A DNA stretch of 64,000 nt, from positions 87-64,086 of the forward strand of contig CAIYPG010000076.1 of NCBI GenBank assembly GCA_903928055.1. Direction: 5' to 3'. Numbering within the stretch: the first letter of the stretch is position 1; each line of letters starts with the position of its first letter. The notes below the pieces were generated by a model, which saw only the letters and a program-made list of their open reading frames with translations, made no database searches and was not told where the DNA came from. The position numbers and the translations under genes are program-made. This stretch comes from an uncultured beta proteobacterium (GTDB lineage Bacteria > Pseudomonadota > Gammaproteobacteria > Burkholderiales > SG8-39). Shown here piece by piece: positions 32,358-41,144 of the stretch.

Positions 32358-33335
32358 ATGAGCAAGTTCAAGCTGGCGGCCATTGCGGGCACCCTGTGCG
32401 CAGCGAGCATGGCGTGTGCCCTGGCGCACGCCCAGGATGCCTATCCCGGCAAGCCGATCAAGCTGATCGTGCCCTATGCCGCAGGCGGACCTACCGACAT
32501 TGTGGCGCGCACGGTAGGCATGAAACTCACCGAGCGCATCGGCCAGCAACTGGTGATCGACAACCGCGGCGGCGCCAACGGCATCATTGGCATGGAGTTG
32601 GCTGCCAAGGCGCCGGCGGACGGCTACAACCTGGTCATGGGCGGCGCTGGCGTGCTGGGCAGCAACCCGGCCTTCTACTCCAAGCTGCCGTACGACGCGG
32701 TGAAGGACTTCGCGCCCATCAGTCTGCTGACGCAAGCGCCACTGCTGCTGGTGGTGAATCCTTCGCTGGGCGTAAAGACCTTTCCCGAATTCATCAAGCT
32801 GGCCAAGGCCAGGCCCGGCGAGCTGAGCTTCGGCTCAGGCGGCACCGGCGGTGTGGCGCACCTGGCAGGCGAACTGCTCAACTACATGGGCGGCGTGAAA
32901 ACCGTACACGTGCCCTACAAGGGCGCCGCCCCGGCCATGTCCGATCTGCTGGGCGGACAGATCGCCTTCACCTTCACCAGCACTGTGGCTGCGATTCCCA
33001 ACGTCAAGAGTGGCAAGCTGATCGGACTGGGCGTGACCTGGGCCAAGCGCGCGCCCGCCTTGCCGGATGTTCCCTCGATCGCGGACACCTATCCCGGCTA
33101 TGAAGTGCGCGTGTGGTACGGGTTTCTCGCGCCGTCGAAGACGCCGCGCGCCATGGTGGACAAACTGAACCGCGAGCTGGACATCGTGGTGCGTAATCCG
33201 GAAGTGGTGCAGCGCTTCATCGCTGACGGCGGCGAGGCGGTGGGCGGCTCGCCTGAAGTGTTCTCCAAAGTGATTGCCCAGGAGATCGCCATCTGGACCA
33301 AGCTGGCCAGGGACACCGGACTGAAGCTCGAATAA
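32358..33335 (+). CDS. TctC/Bug substrate-binding protein
   Basis: YPGKPIKLIVPYAAGGPTDIVAR, NRGGANG, HVPYKG. Confidence 0.92.
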   Translation: MSKFKLAAIAGTLCAASMACALAHAQDAYPGKPIKLIVPYAAGGPTDIVARTVGMKLTERIGQQLVIDNRGGANGIIGMELAAKAPADGYNLVMGGAGVLGSNPAFYSKLPYDAVKDFAPISLLTQAPLLLVVNPSLGVKTFPEFIKLAKARPGELSFGSGGTGGVAHLAGELLNYMGGVKTVHVPYKGAAPAMSDLLGGQIAFTFTSTVAAIPNVKSGKLIGLGVTWAKRAPALPDVPSIADTYPGYEVRVWYGFLAPSKTPRAMVDKLNRELDIVVRNPEVVQRFIADGGEAVGGSPEVFSKVIAQEIAIWTKLARDTGLKLE

Positions 33336-33374
33336 GCGGAAAGACTTCCTCGCAAGATCACAATGAGGGGCATC

Positions 33375-34355
33375 ATGTTCAAACCGGCAGCCATACTCGG
33401 CATACTTGGAATTGCTTGCGCGTTTGCAAGCGGCAACGGCATCGCGCAAAGCGATGCCTATCCCGGCAAACCGATCCGGCTCATCGTGCCCTACGTGGCC
33501 GGCGGGCCAACAGACATCGTCGCCCGTACGGTGGGCGCCAAGCTCACCGAGCGCATCGGCCAGCAACTGCTGGTCGACAACCGCGGCGGCGCCAATGGCA
33601 TCATCGGCATGGAGATGGCCGCCAAGGCCCCGGCCGACGGCTACAACCTGCTGCTGGGTGGTGCCGGCGTGCTGGGCACCAATCCCGCCTTCTATGCCAA
33701 GCTGCCCTATGACGCAGTCAAGGATTTCGCGCCCATCAGCCTGCTCACCTCTGCACCGCTGCTGCTGACGGTGCATCCCTCCCTCGGCGTGAAGACCTTC
33801 CCTGAGTTCATCAAGCTAGCCAGGTCAAAGCCTGGCGAGCTGAGCTTCGGTTCGGGGGGGACCGGCAGCGTGCCGCACCTGGCCGGAGAGCTGCTTGGCT
33901 ACATGGCCGGAGCGAAGTTCCTGCACACGCCCTACAAGGGGGCCGCCCCCGCAATGAATGATTTGCTCGGCGGTCAGATCTCCTTTCTCTTCATCAGTAC
34001 GGTGGCCGCCTTGCCCAACGTCAAGGCCGGCAAGCTGGTCGGCCTCGCGGTGACCTGGTCCAAGCGCGCCCAGACACTTCCAGACATACCCTCCATCTCG
34101 GAGACCTTCCCGGGCTACGAAGCGCGCGTATGGTATGGCATCCTCGCCCCGGCGAAGACACCGCGGCCCATTGTCGACAAGCTCAATCGCGAGCTCAACC
34201 AGGTGATCCAGAATCCCGAAGTCGTGCAGCGTTTCGCCATCGACGGCGGCGAGCCGGTTGGCGGCCCGCCCGAGGCGTTCGCCAGGACCATCGCACAGGA
34301 GATCGCCATCTGGACCCGGTTGGCGAAAGATACCGGGCTGAAACTTGAAGAATAA
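33375..34355 (+). CDS. TctC/Bug substrate-binding protein (tandem paralog)
   Basis: Near-identical to the preceding gene over long stretches. Confidence 0.92.
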   Translation: MFKPAAILGILGIACAFASGNGIAQSDAYPGKPIRLIVPYVAGGPTDIVARTVGAKLTERIGQQLLVDNRGGANGIIGMEMAAKAPADGYNLLLGGAGVLGTNPAFYAKLPYDAVKDFAPISLLTSAPLLLTVHPSLGVKTFPEFIKLARSKPGELSFGSGGTGSVPHLAGELLGYMAGAKFLHTPYKGAAPAMNDLLGGQISFLFISTVAALPNVKAGKLVGLAVTWSKRAQTLPDIPSISETFPGYEARVWYGILAPAKTPRPIVDKLNRELNQVIQNPEVVQRFAIDGGEPVGGPPEAFARTIAQEIAIWTRLAKDTGLKLEE

Positions 34356-34365
34356 GGGCACCGAA

Positions 34366-36144
34366 ATGAGCACCCCCAAAAAAACGGCAGGCAGCAAAGT
34401 CACCCTCGCACCTCCGGCGAAGACAGCCGAAAGCGACGGCCACTACCGTGTCTACTGGCCGCGCACACGGCGGCGTGTGTCCCTTAAGCCGCTGGCCAAG
34501 CGTCCGCAGAACCTTGCTGACAAGAAGATCGCCTTCCTCTGGGATTATGTGTTCCGCGGTGACGAAATCTTCGGGATTCTCGGCAAAGCGCTGCAGGATC
34601 GTTACCCCGGCATGAGCTTCGTCAACTGGGCCGAGTTCGGCAATACCCACGGCAGTGACGAACACCAGGTGGTGGCTTCGCTGCCGGGACGACTGAAGGA
34701 GTTGAAGGTCGACGCCGTCATCTCCGGGATGGGTTGTTGAGGAAGTTGCACGCCCGCCGTGTTGCGGGCGAGTGCGATGTGCGAAGAGGCCGGGATTCCG
34801 GCCTCCACGCTGTGCTGCGAGGGGTTCGTCGGCCTGGCCAAGGCCACGTCCATCGGCCTGGGCATGCCCACCATCCCGCTGGCCATGGTGCCCGGGCACA
34901 CCAACGTGCAGTCCGCGCTGGAACTCAGGAGCAACGTGCTCGAGACCACGCTGGCCCAGGTGATTTCCAATCTCACCACTCCCCCGGAAATCGCCAGTTT
35001 CGATGAAGAGCCAGACGAAGGCGCCGTCGTCTTCGAGGGAAACTTCGATGCAGTCAACGACTATTTCGTCGGCCAGGAGTGGAGCGACGGCCTGCCCATC
35101 GTGCCGCCTACGCGCGGCAAGATAGAACAATTCCTCGCCTTCACCGACCTCCCCCCTGAAACCGTGCTGGGCATCATGCTGCCGGACAGCCGCGCCGCCA
35201 CGGTGTGGAGCGTGGCCGTCAACGGCGTAATGGCGGGCTGCAAACCGGAATACATGCCATTGCTGGTGGCGCTGGCCGAGGCCATGGCCGATCCCTATTA
35301 CGGCGTCGAGCACAGCGGGAACACGCCCGGCGGCGAGACACTCATCATCGTCAATGGTCCCATCGTCAAGGACCTGGGCCTCAACTACACCCAGGGCGTG
35401 ATGCGCGATGGCTTCCTGCCCAACACCTCCATCGGCCGCTTCTGGCGCCTGTACCTGCGCAACGTCGCAGGCTTCCTGCTGCACAAGAATGACAAGGCCA
35501 CCTATGGCAACACCTGGCGCGTGGTGATCGCCGAGAACGAGGACACGCTGGCCAGGATAGGCTGGAACAGCATCGCCATGGACATGGGGCACAAGCGCGG
35601 GGCGAACACCGTCACCATCTCGCGCCACACTGGCGGCAACCTCAGTGTTTCGCTGTCGGGTGACGTGCGCCGCGACATGCTCCCCTACCTCGCAGACTCG
35701 GTGCTGCGGCAAACCAACTGGCAGCTCATGTTCACCGTCGGTCAGGGCATGGGCACCCTGCGCCCGCAGGTGCTGATTACGCCCATCCTGGCCGAGACCT
35801 TCCACAAGGCCGGACTGAGCAAGCAGGACCTCAAGCAATTCCTGTTCGACCATGCGCGCCTGCCTGCATGGCAGTTCGAACGCATTCTGCGCGACTGGAC
35901 ACTCAAGCCCACCTGGGACCTGGCACAGGAAGTGCGCGTCGGCACCATCCCCAGGGTGTTCGCAGAATCGGATGATCCCAACCGCATGGTTCCGATCGTG
36001 TGGGAGGCCGACGATTACATGATCGCCGTCACCGGCGACCCCATGCGCAACAGTGCCTATGTGTTTGCACACAACGGCATCCTGGGTTATCCCGTGACCC
36101 ACGGGATACGCCTGCCGAAAAACTGGAAAACTCCTAAAAGCTGA
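34366..36144 (+). CDS. Fused UGSC selenoprotein plus partner domain (Sec at TGA 34738-34740, residue 125; 592 aa)
   Basis: ORFs 34345..34740 and 34759..36144 share a frame; read-through gives VDAVISGMGC-U-GSCTPAV; SECIS-like hairpin follows; C-terminal WSDGLPIVPPT, VNGVMAGC, IVNGPI. Confidence 0.85.
34746..34777 (+). promoter_or_regulatory. Putative bacterial SECIS element 2
   Basis: TTGCAC-GCCCGC-CGTGTT-GCGGGC-GA-GTGCGA; loop G at +19 from UGA. Confidence 0.75.
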
Positions 36145-36222
36145 ATCCAGGCGCAATTCCCAGTCTGACCACCTGCGTCGCGACCTTCGGCGATGCCCCC
36201 GAGGCGTCCGCTTGGCGTCCTC

Positions 36223-36236
36223 TTGATTTGCATCAA
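36223..36236. promoter_or_regulatory. FNR/Anr/Dnr-type box
   Basis: Perfect TTGAT-TTGC-ATCAA about 120 nt upstream of rquA. Confidence 0.82.
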
Positions 36237-36353
36237 CCCGCGGGCGGCGCCCAAGTGCAGACTCATCTTGAATATGGTGGAAAATCCACAAGAAATCCAC
36301 GGATTACAGATGTACCAGCGGATCACGCACCCGATCACCAAGAAAAACACACC

Positions 36354-37058
36354 ATGAAATTGCAATCCGGGTCCCTCACGCCCGCCCTCACCAAGATTCC
36401 CCTCTATTTGTCGGAAACCTACTGGTGGGCCTATGTGCATCCCCGCGCGATCCACCTGTTCGAGCGACAGTGGATGGTCAACCTGATCCTGTGGGGAAAT
36501 TTCGGCCCGTTGCGCGATGGCGCGCTGGAGGCCTTGGGCCTCGACCGTCAGGGAAGCACGCTGCAGGTGGCATGTGTCTATGGCGACCTTACCGCGCAGT
36601 TGCTCAAACGTTCGGTATCAGGCTCGCGGCTTGACGTGATCGATGTCCTGCCCCTGCAACTGGACAACCTTGCACGCAAGCTGCCGCCGGACCCGGCGGC
36701 CAATCTCATCCTGTGCGACAGCACCGCGATGTCATTCGAATCGGGAAGCTACGATCGCGCACTGCTGTTCTTCCTGTTGCACGAGCAGCCCGAAGAAGTC
36801 CGCAGGGCGACGATTGCGCAGACGCTGCGGGTGGTCAGACCGGGCGGACGGATTGTGATTGTCGACTATCACCGGCCACGCGCATTCAATCCGCTGTACC
36901 TGCCCATGGCTGGCGTGCTGCACACCCTTGAGCCTTATGCACATGATCTGTGGCGGCATGAAATAACAGAGTGGTTCCCCAAGGACCTGAAAGTCGCGGA
37001 GGTTCGCAAAACGACATCGTTCGGCGGGCTGTATCAGATGCTGGTCATTACGGTCTAG
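36354..37058 (+). CDS. rquA: Rhodoquinone biosynthesis protein RquA (methyltransferase-like)
   Basis: YWWAYVHP..FERQWMVNLILWGN, LQVACVYG in place of the usual SAM motif I, FFLLHEQP. Confidence 0.88.
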   Translation: MKLQSGSLTPALTKIPLYLSETYWWAYVHPRAIHLFERQWMVNLILWGNFGPLRDGALEALGLDRQGSTLQVACVYGDLTAQLLKRSVSGSRLDVIDVLPLQLDNLARKLPPDPAANLILCDSTAMSFESGSYDRALLFFLLHEQPEEVRRATIAQTLRVVRPGGRIVIVDYHRPRAFNPLYLPMAGVLHTLEPYAHDLWRHEITEWFPKDLKVAEVRKTTSFGGLYQMLVITV

Positions 37059-37106
37059 GAACGCCGCAATGGATTGCATTCCTCACCAACCGGGAAGTTG
37101 ACGCAA

Positions 37107-38876
37107 ATGCAGGTCATACAAGCCGATGTCGTGATAGTGGGCGGGGGTGGTGCCGGACTGCGTGCCGCAATCGCCGCCGCAGAGCGTGATCCGTCGCTGC
37201 GCATCGCGCTGGTCTCCAAGGTGGTCCCGATGCGCAGCCACACCGTTGCCGCCGAAGGCGGCGCAGCCGGCGTGGTGCGCGGTGACGACTCGCTTGAAAA
37301 TCATTTCGACGACACGGTCTCGGGCGGTGACTGGCTGTGCGAGCAGGATGTCGTGGACTATTTTGTTGCGCATTGCACCGATGAACTCGTTCAGCTCGAG
37401 CGATGGGGCTGTCCCTGGAGCCGCAAGGAGGACGGGCATATCAACGTTCGCTTTTTCGGCGGCATGAAGGTGCAGCGAACATGGTTCGCTGCAGACAAGA
37501 GCGGCTTTCACATCCTGCACACCCTGTTCCAGACCTCACTGCGATTACCGTCGATCAGTCGCTACGACGAATTCTTTTGCGCCGACCTGATGGTTGAGGA
37601 TGGCAAGGTTCGCGGCGTGCTGGCAATTGAAATCACGACCGGTGAATTCTTCCTGTTCGAAGCACCGGCCGTGGTGATGGCCACCGGCGGCGCAGGCCGC
37701 ATCTACCGGCAGAACACCAATGCCGGCATCGTGACCGGTGAAGGCATGGGCATGGCCTACCGGCACGGTGTTGCCCTGCGCGACATGGAATTCATGCAGT
37801 GGCATCCGACCGCTCTCCCCGGAACTGGCATCCTGATCACCGAGGGCTGCCGCGGAGAAGGCGGCATCCTCGTCAACAAGGATGGTTACCGTTACCTGCA
37901 GGATTACGGCCTCGGCCCGCTCGATCCCTGGCCGCGGCCGAAGGCCATGGAACTGGGGCCGCGCGACCGCTTGTCGCAAGCCTTCTGGCATGAACAGCAG
38001 AAGGGACGCACGATCGATACGCCGAAGGGCCAGGTCGTGCATCTCGATCTGCGCCATCTCGGCCGGAAGAAGATCCTTGAGCGACTGCCCTTGATCACGG
38101 AAGTGGCGAAGACCTTCATGGGTGTTGACCCGGTGGTCTCCCCCATTCCGGTTTGTCCGGCAGTCCATTACACGATGGGCGGCATCCAGACCAACGTGCG
38201 CTGCGAGACATCCCTGTCTGGTCTGTACGCCGCTGGCGAGTGTTCCAGCGTCGGCATCCATGGCGCCAATCGCCTCGGTTCAAATTCACTGGTGGAGATC
38301 ATCGTTTTCGGTCGGGTAGCCGGCGACTCCGCCGCGCAGCACGCGAGGACGGTGACGGCATCCCATGGCGACTCGATTCGCCGGCAGGCGGAAGCCTCCG
38401 CGCAGCACCTGTTATCACTGCTCGGGCAGGAGACCGGCGAGCGCGTGGCCACACTGCGCGACGCCATGCGTGACAGCATGGAGAGCGGCGTGGGCATCTA
38501 CCGCAAACAGGACGCCATGCAGGCCACCTGCGAAACGCTGGCGGAATTGCGTACCCGCTACCGGGGCGGGGTCAGGCTTGATGATCGCAACCGCGCATTC
38601 AACACCGAATGGCTGACCGCCATCGAACTCGGCTACATGCTCGAAGTGGCCGAAGCGCTGGCGCATTCCGCGCTGCAACGCAGGGAATCGCGTGGCGCGC
38701 ACTTCCGGCTGGACGGCTACGAGGAGCGGGATGACGAGCGCTTCCTCGCGCACTCGATCGCACATTTCCGTGGTGACGGCCCGCCGCTGATCGACTACGC
38801 GCCGGTCACCATCACCCGATCAGCGCCACGGACGCGTACCTACGGCGGCGCCGGCAAGAAGGCGGAGATGACCTGA
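37107..38876 (+). CDS. frdA: Fumarate reductase flavoprotein subunit
   Basis: GGGGAG, RSHTVAAEGG (covalent-FAD His), WFAADKSGFH, ELGPRD, HYTMGG, HGANRLGSNSL. Confidence 0.92.
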   Translation: MQVIQADVVIVGGGGAGLRAAIAAAERDPSLRIALVSKVVPMRSHTVAAEGGAAGVVRGDDSLENHFDDTVSGGDWLCEQDVVDYFVAHCTDELVQLERWGCPWSRKEDGHINVRFFGGMKVQRTWFAADKSGFHILHTLFQTSLRLPSISRYDEFFCADLMVEDGKVRGVLAIEITTGEFFLFEAPAVVMATGGAGRIYRQNTNAGIVTGEGMGMAYRHGVALRDMEFMQWHPTALPGTGILITEGCRGEGGILVNKDGYRYLQDYGLGPLDPWPRPKAMELGPRDRLSQAFWHEQQKGRTIDTPKGQVVHLDLRHLGRKKILERLPLITEVAKTFMGVDPVVSPIPVCPAVHYTMGGIQTNVRCETSLSGLYAAGECSSVGIHGANRLGSNSLVEIIVFGRVAGDSAAQHARTVTASHGDSIRRQAEASAQHLLSLLGQETGERVATLRDAMRDSMESGVGIYRKQDAMQATCETLAELRTRYRGGVRLDDRNRAFNTEWLTAIELGYMLEVAEALAHSALQRRESRGAHFRLDGYEERDDERFLAHSIAHFRGDGPPLIDYAPVTITRSAPRTRTYGGAGKKAEMT

Positions 38877-39625
38877 TGACGACGACCAGAATCATTGAAA
38901 TCGAATGCCAGCGCTTCAACCCGCAGACGGATTCCGAGCCACATTTCCAGAGCTATCAGGTGCCGTTCAGCGAAGAAATGTCGGTCCTGCAGGGACTGCA
39001 GTACATCAAGGATCATCTGGATGGCAGCCTCACCTTCCGCTGGTCCTGCCGTATGGCGATCTGCGGCAGCTGCGGCAGCATGGTGAACGGCGTGCCGCAG
39101 TTGTCCTGCCATACCTTCCTGCGCGATTACTTTCCGGACAAGGTGCGGATCGAACCGCTCAACCATTTTCCGGTCTTGCGCGACCTGGCCATCGACCAGA
39201 CGGATTTCCTCGCCAAGCTGGAATCGGTCAAGCCCTACCTGATTCCGGACACAGAGAAAACACCGGCGCAGGGCACCTATCTTCAAACGCCGCAGCAGAT
39301 GGACGAGTATTACCAGTATTCCGAATGCATCAACTGCCTGCTGTGCTACGCCGCCTGCCCGCAGTACGGGCTCAACAAGGAATTCACCGGTCCGGCAGCC
39401 CTTGCACTGCTGCACCGTTACAACGCCGACTCGCGCGATGCCGGCTCGGCCGAACGCATGGAAGTCATCAATGGCGAGAACGGTGTCTGGGGCTGCACCC
39501 TGGTCAGCTACTGCTCCGAGGTCTGCCCCAAGGGCGTTGACCCTGCACGCGCCATAAACCAGAACAAGATCAACAGCACCAAGGATTATTTCCTGCGCTT
39601 CCTGCAGCCACGGGGAGGGAAATGA
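38876..39625 (+). CDS. frdB: Fumarate reductase Fe-S subunit
   Basis: RWSCRMAICGSC, CINCLLCYAAC, CTLVSYCSEVCPKGVDP. Confidence 0.92.
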   Translation: MTTTRIIEIECQRFNPQTDSEPHFQSYQVPFSEEMSVLQGLQYIKDHLDGSLTFRWSCRMAICGSCGSMVNGVPQLSCHTFLRDYFPDKVRIEPLNHFPVLRDLAIDQTDFLAKLESVKPYLIPDTEKTPAQGTYLQTPQQMDEYYQYSECINCLLCYAACPQYGLNKEFTGPAALALLHRYNADSRDAGSAERMEVINGENGVWGCTLVSYCSEVCPKGVDPARAINQNKINSTKDYFLRFLQPRGGK

Positions 39626-40035
39626 GCATGCCCGCACCGAACTTGCTGAACCGCTACACCCGTCCGATGGAAGGCTGGTGGCGCAGGAACCCGTTTTACC
39701 TCTGGTACATGCTGCGAGAAGCCAGTTGCGTTTTCATCATCGCCTATGCGCTGGTACTGCTGTGCGGCTTGTATCGGCTCTCGCAGGGCGAAGCAGCGTT
39801 CAATGGCTGGCTGGCAGCGCTGGCCACTCCGCGGTCAATCGCCTTCCATGGCATCACCGCCATGATGGTGCTGTACCACGCATGGACCTGGTTCAAGGTG
39901 ATGCCCAAGACCCTGCCATTCATCCACATTGGAGGAAAGCGCATGCCTGATGCCGCGATCGTCACCTCGGGCCTGGCAGCCGCAGTGGTCCTGTCGGCGT
40001 TGCTGTTCGTTCTGGTGTGGAGCGGCAGATCATGA
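39622..40035 (+). CDS. frdC: Fumarate reductase membrane anchor C
   Basis: YTRPMEGWWRRNPFYLWYMLRE, HAWTWF; 3 TM segments. Confidence 0.88.
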   Translation: MSMPAPNLLNRYTRPMEGWWRRNPFYLWYMLREASCVFIIAYALVLLCGLYRLSQGEAAFNGWLAALATPRSIAFHGITAMMVLYHAWTWFKVMPKTLPFIHIGGKRMPDAAIVTSGLAAAVVLSALLFVLVWSGRS

Positions 40036-40391
40036 TCAGGCGATCCAACAAGCCGGTATTCTGGTCCCTCTTCGGCGCTGGCGGCATGGTATCGGCGCTG
40101 ATCGGCCCGATGCTGGTTTTTGTCACCGGGATTGCGGTACCGCTGGGATTCCTGCTGCCGCACGACGCATTGCGCTACGAGCGCATGCTTGCCCTTGCGC
40201 ACAATCCTGCGGGCAAGCTGGCGCTAGCGGTGGTCATTTCACTTTTTCTGTTTCACGGTTGCCACCGCTTTTATCATTGTCTGCACGATTTCGGCATCCA
40301 CGTCACAGCCGGGATGAAGGCCGCGTGCCATGGGTTCGCTGCGGCCGGCACGGCACTGGCTGTCTACCTGCTGTTGGTGATCGGCTTCTGA
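40032..40391 (+). CDS. frdD: Fumarate reductase membrane anchor D
   Basis: RSNKPVFWSLFGAGGM, HRFYHCLHD. Confidence 0.88.
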   Translation: MIRRSNKPVFWSLFGAGGMVSALIGPMLVFVTGIAVPLGFLLPHDALRYERMLALAHNPAGKLALAVVISLFLFHGCHRFYHCLHDFGIHVTAGMKAACHGFAAAGTALAVYLLLVIGF

Positions 40392-40411
40392 CCGCCTGAC
40401 CACCCGCCGCG

Positions 40412-41086
40412 TCACATGCTGGCGTGTGCCGCTGCAGGTTCGCTGGCATCACCGGCCATGGGCCGCGCACCCTGCTGCTCCATGACCGACTGCAGCACCT
40501 CGTAGTAGTGCCAGCCGTTGATCCGCGTCCTGCCCAGGATGATGGTGGGGGTCTGGGTGATGCCCAGGTCACGGGCCTGGGTAACCGCATCGAATGCACG
40601 TTGCGCATAGAGGCGGTCTTCCAGCGCCACCTTCATGTCCTCGGGATCAATACCCACCCGTTCGGCGGCCGCCATCAGCGTTTCGAGTTCGCCAATGTCC
40701 CCGCCTTCGGTCCACATCAGGTCATAAACTGCGGTCTTGTAGGCAAAATCCAGCCCCCGGGCACGGGCAAATTCAAGCGCCTCAAAGGCACGAAAACTGT
40801 ATTGCCGCCGTGCCGGAAAGCGGATTTTCGGATACTGGTCCGGGGCCATCTCCTTGATCCAGGCATGCAGGCGTTCGCGGCGGGCGCCACTCTCTGCATT
40901 GTCCTCGCGGGCCGCACCTTCGGGCGGGGTCTCGGGATGCAGCAGGTGCGGACGCCAGAGGGGCTGGACGTTGTATTCACGTGCCAGGCGATCGATCTGG
41001 TCCACGGCAAGATAACTGTAGGGACAGACGAAATCGGCAAACACCACGACGCGAACAGGTTCTGCGGTTTCCTGGATGGCGCTCAT
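40412..41086 (-). CDS. DsbA/FrnE-family thioredoxin-fold protein (CxxS)
   Basis: VFADFVCPYSY, LHPETP, GITQTPT cis-Pro loop. Confidence 0.82.
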   Translation of the reverse strand: MSAIQETAEPVRVVVFADFVCPYSYLAVDQIDRLAREYNVQPLWRPHLLHPETPPEGAAREDNAESGARRERLHAWIKEMAPDQYPKIRFPARRQYSFRAFEALEFARARGLDFAYKTAVYDLMWTEGGDIGELETLMAAAERVGIDPEDMKVALEDRLYAQRAFDAVTQARDLGITQTPTIILGRTRINGWHYYEVLQSVMEQQGARPMAGDASEPAAAHASM

Positions 41087-41144
41087 GCCCTTCTCCTCGC
41101 TGAATGGGCCGGCGGCGCCGGTCCTGGATGACTCGCACTGCGTA

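Noticed and set aside
31018-34740. The two in-frame TGAs as nonsense mutations (pseudogenes)
   Set aside because: Both fall at the same motif position in two diverged paralogs and each is followed by a hairpin at the same offset; independent nonsense mutations are improbable
34195-36300. 701-aa antisense ORF, and similar long shadow ORFs (432..1697, 8421..9686, 20584..21969, 31538..33103)
   Set aside because: They overlap well-supported genes, have no recognisable motifs, and are expected in high-GC DNA
37107-40391. Succinate dehydrogenase (sdh) assignment
   Set aside because: Gene order A-B-C-D, FrdC/FrdD-type anchors, the AADKSGFH motif and the FNR box all favour fumarate reductase
40990-41040. 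DsbA-like protein as a third selenoprotein
   Set aside because: The motif is CPYS with Ser encoded by AGT; there is no in-frame TGA
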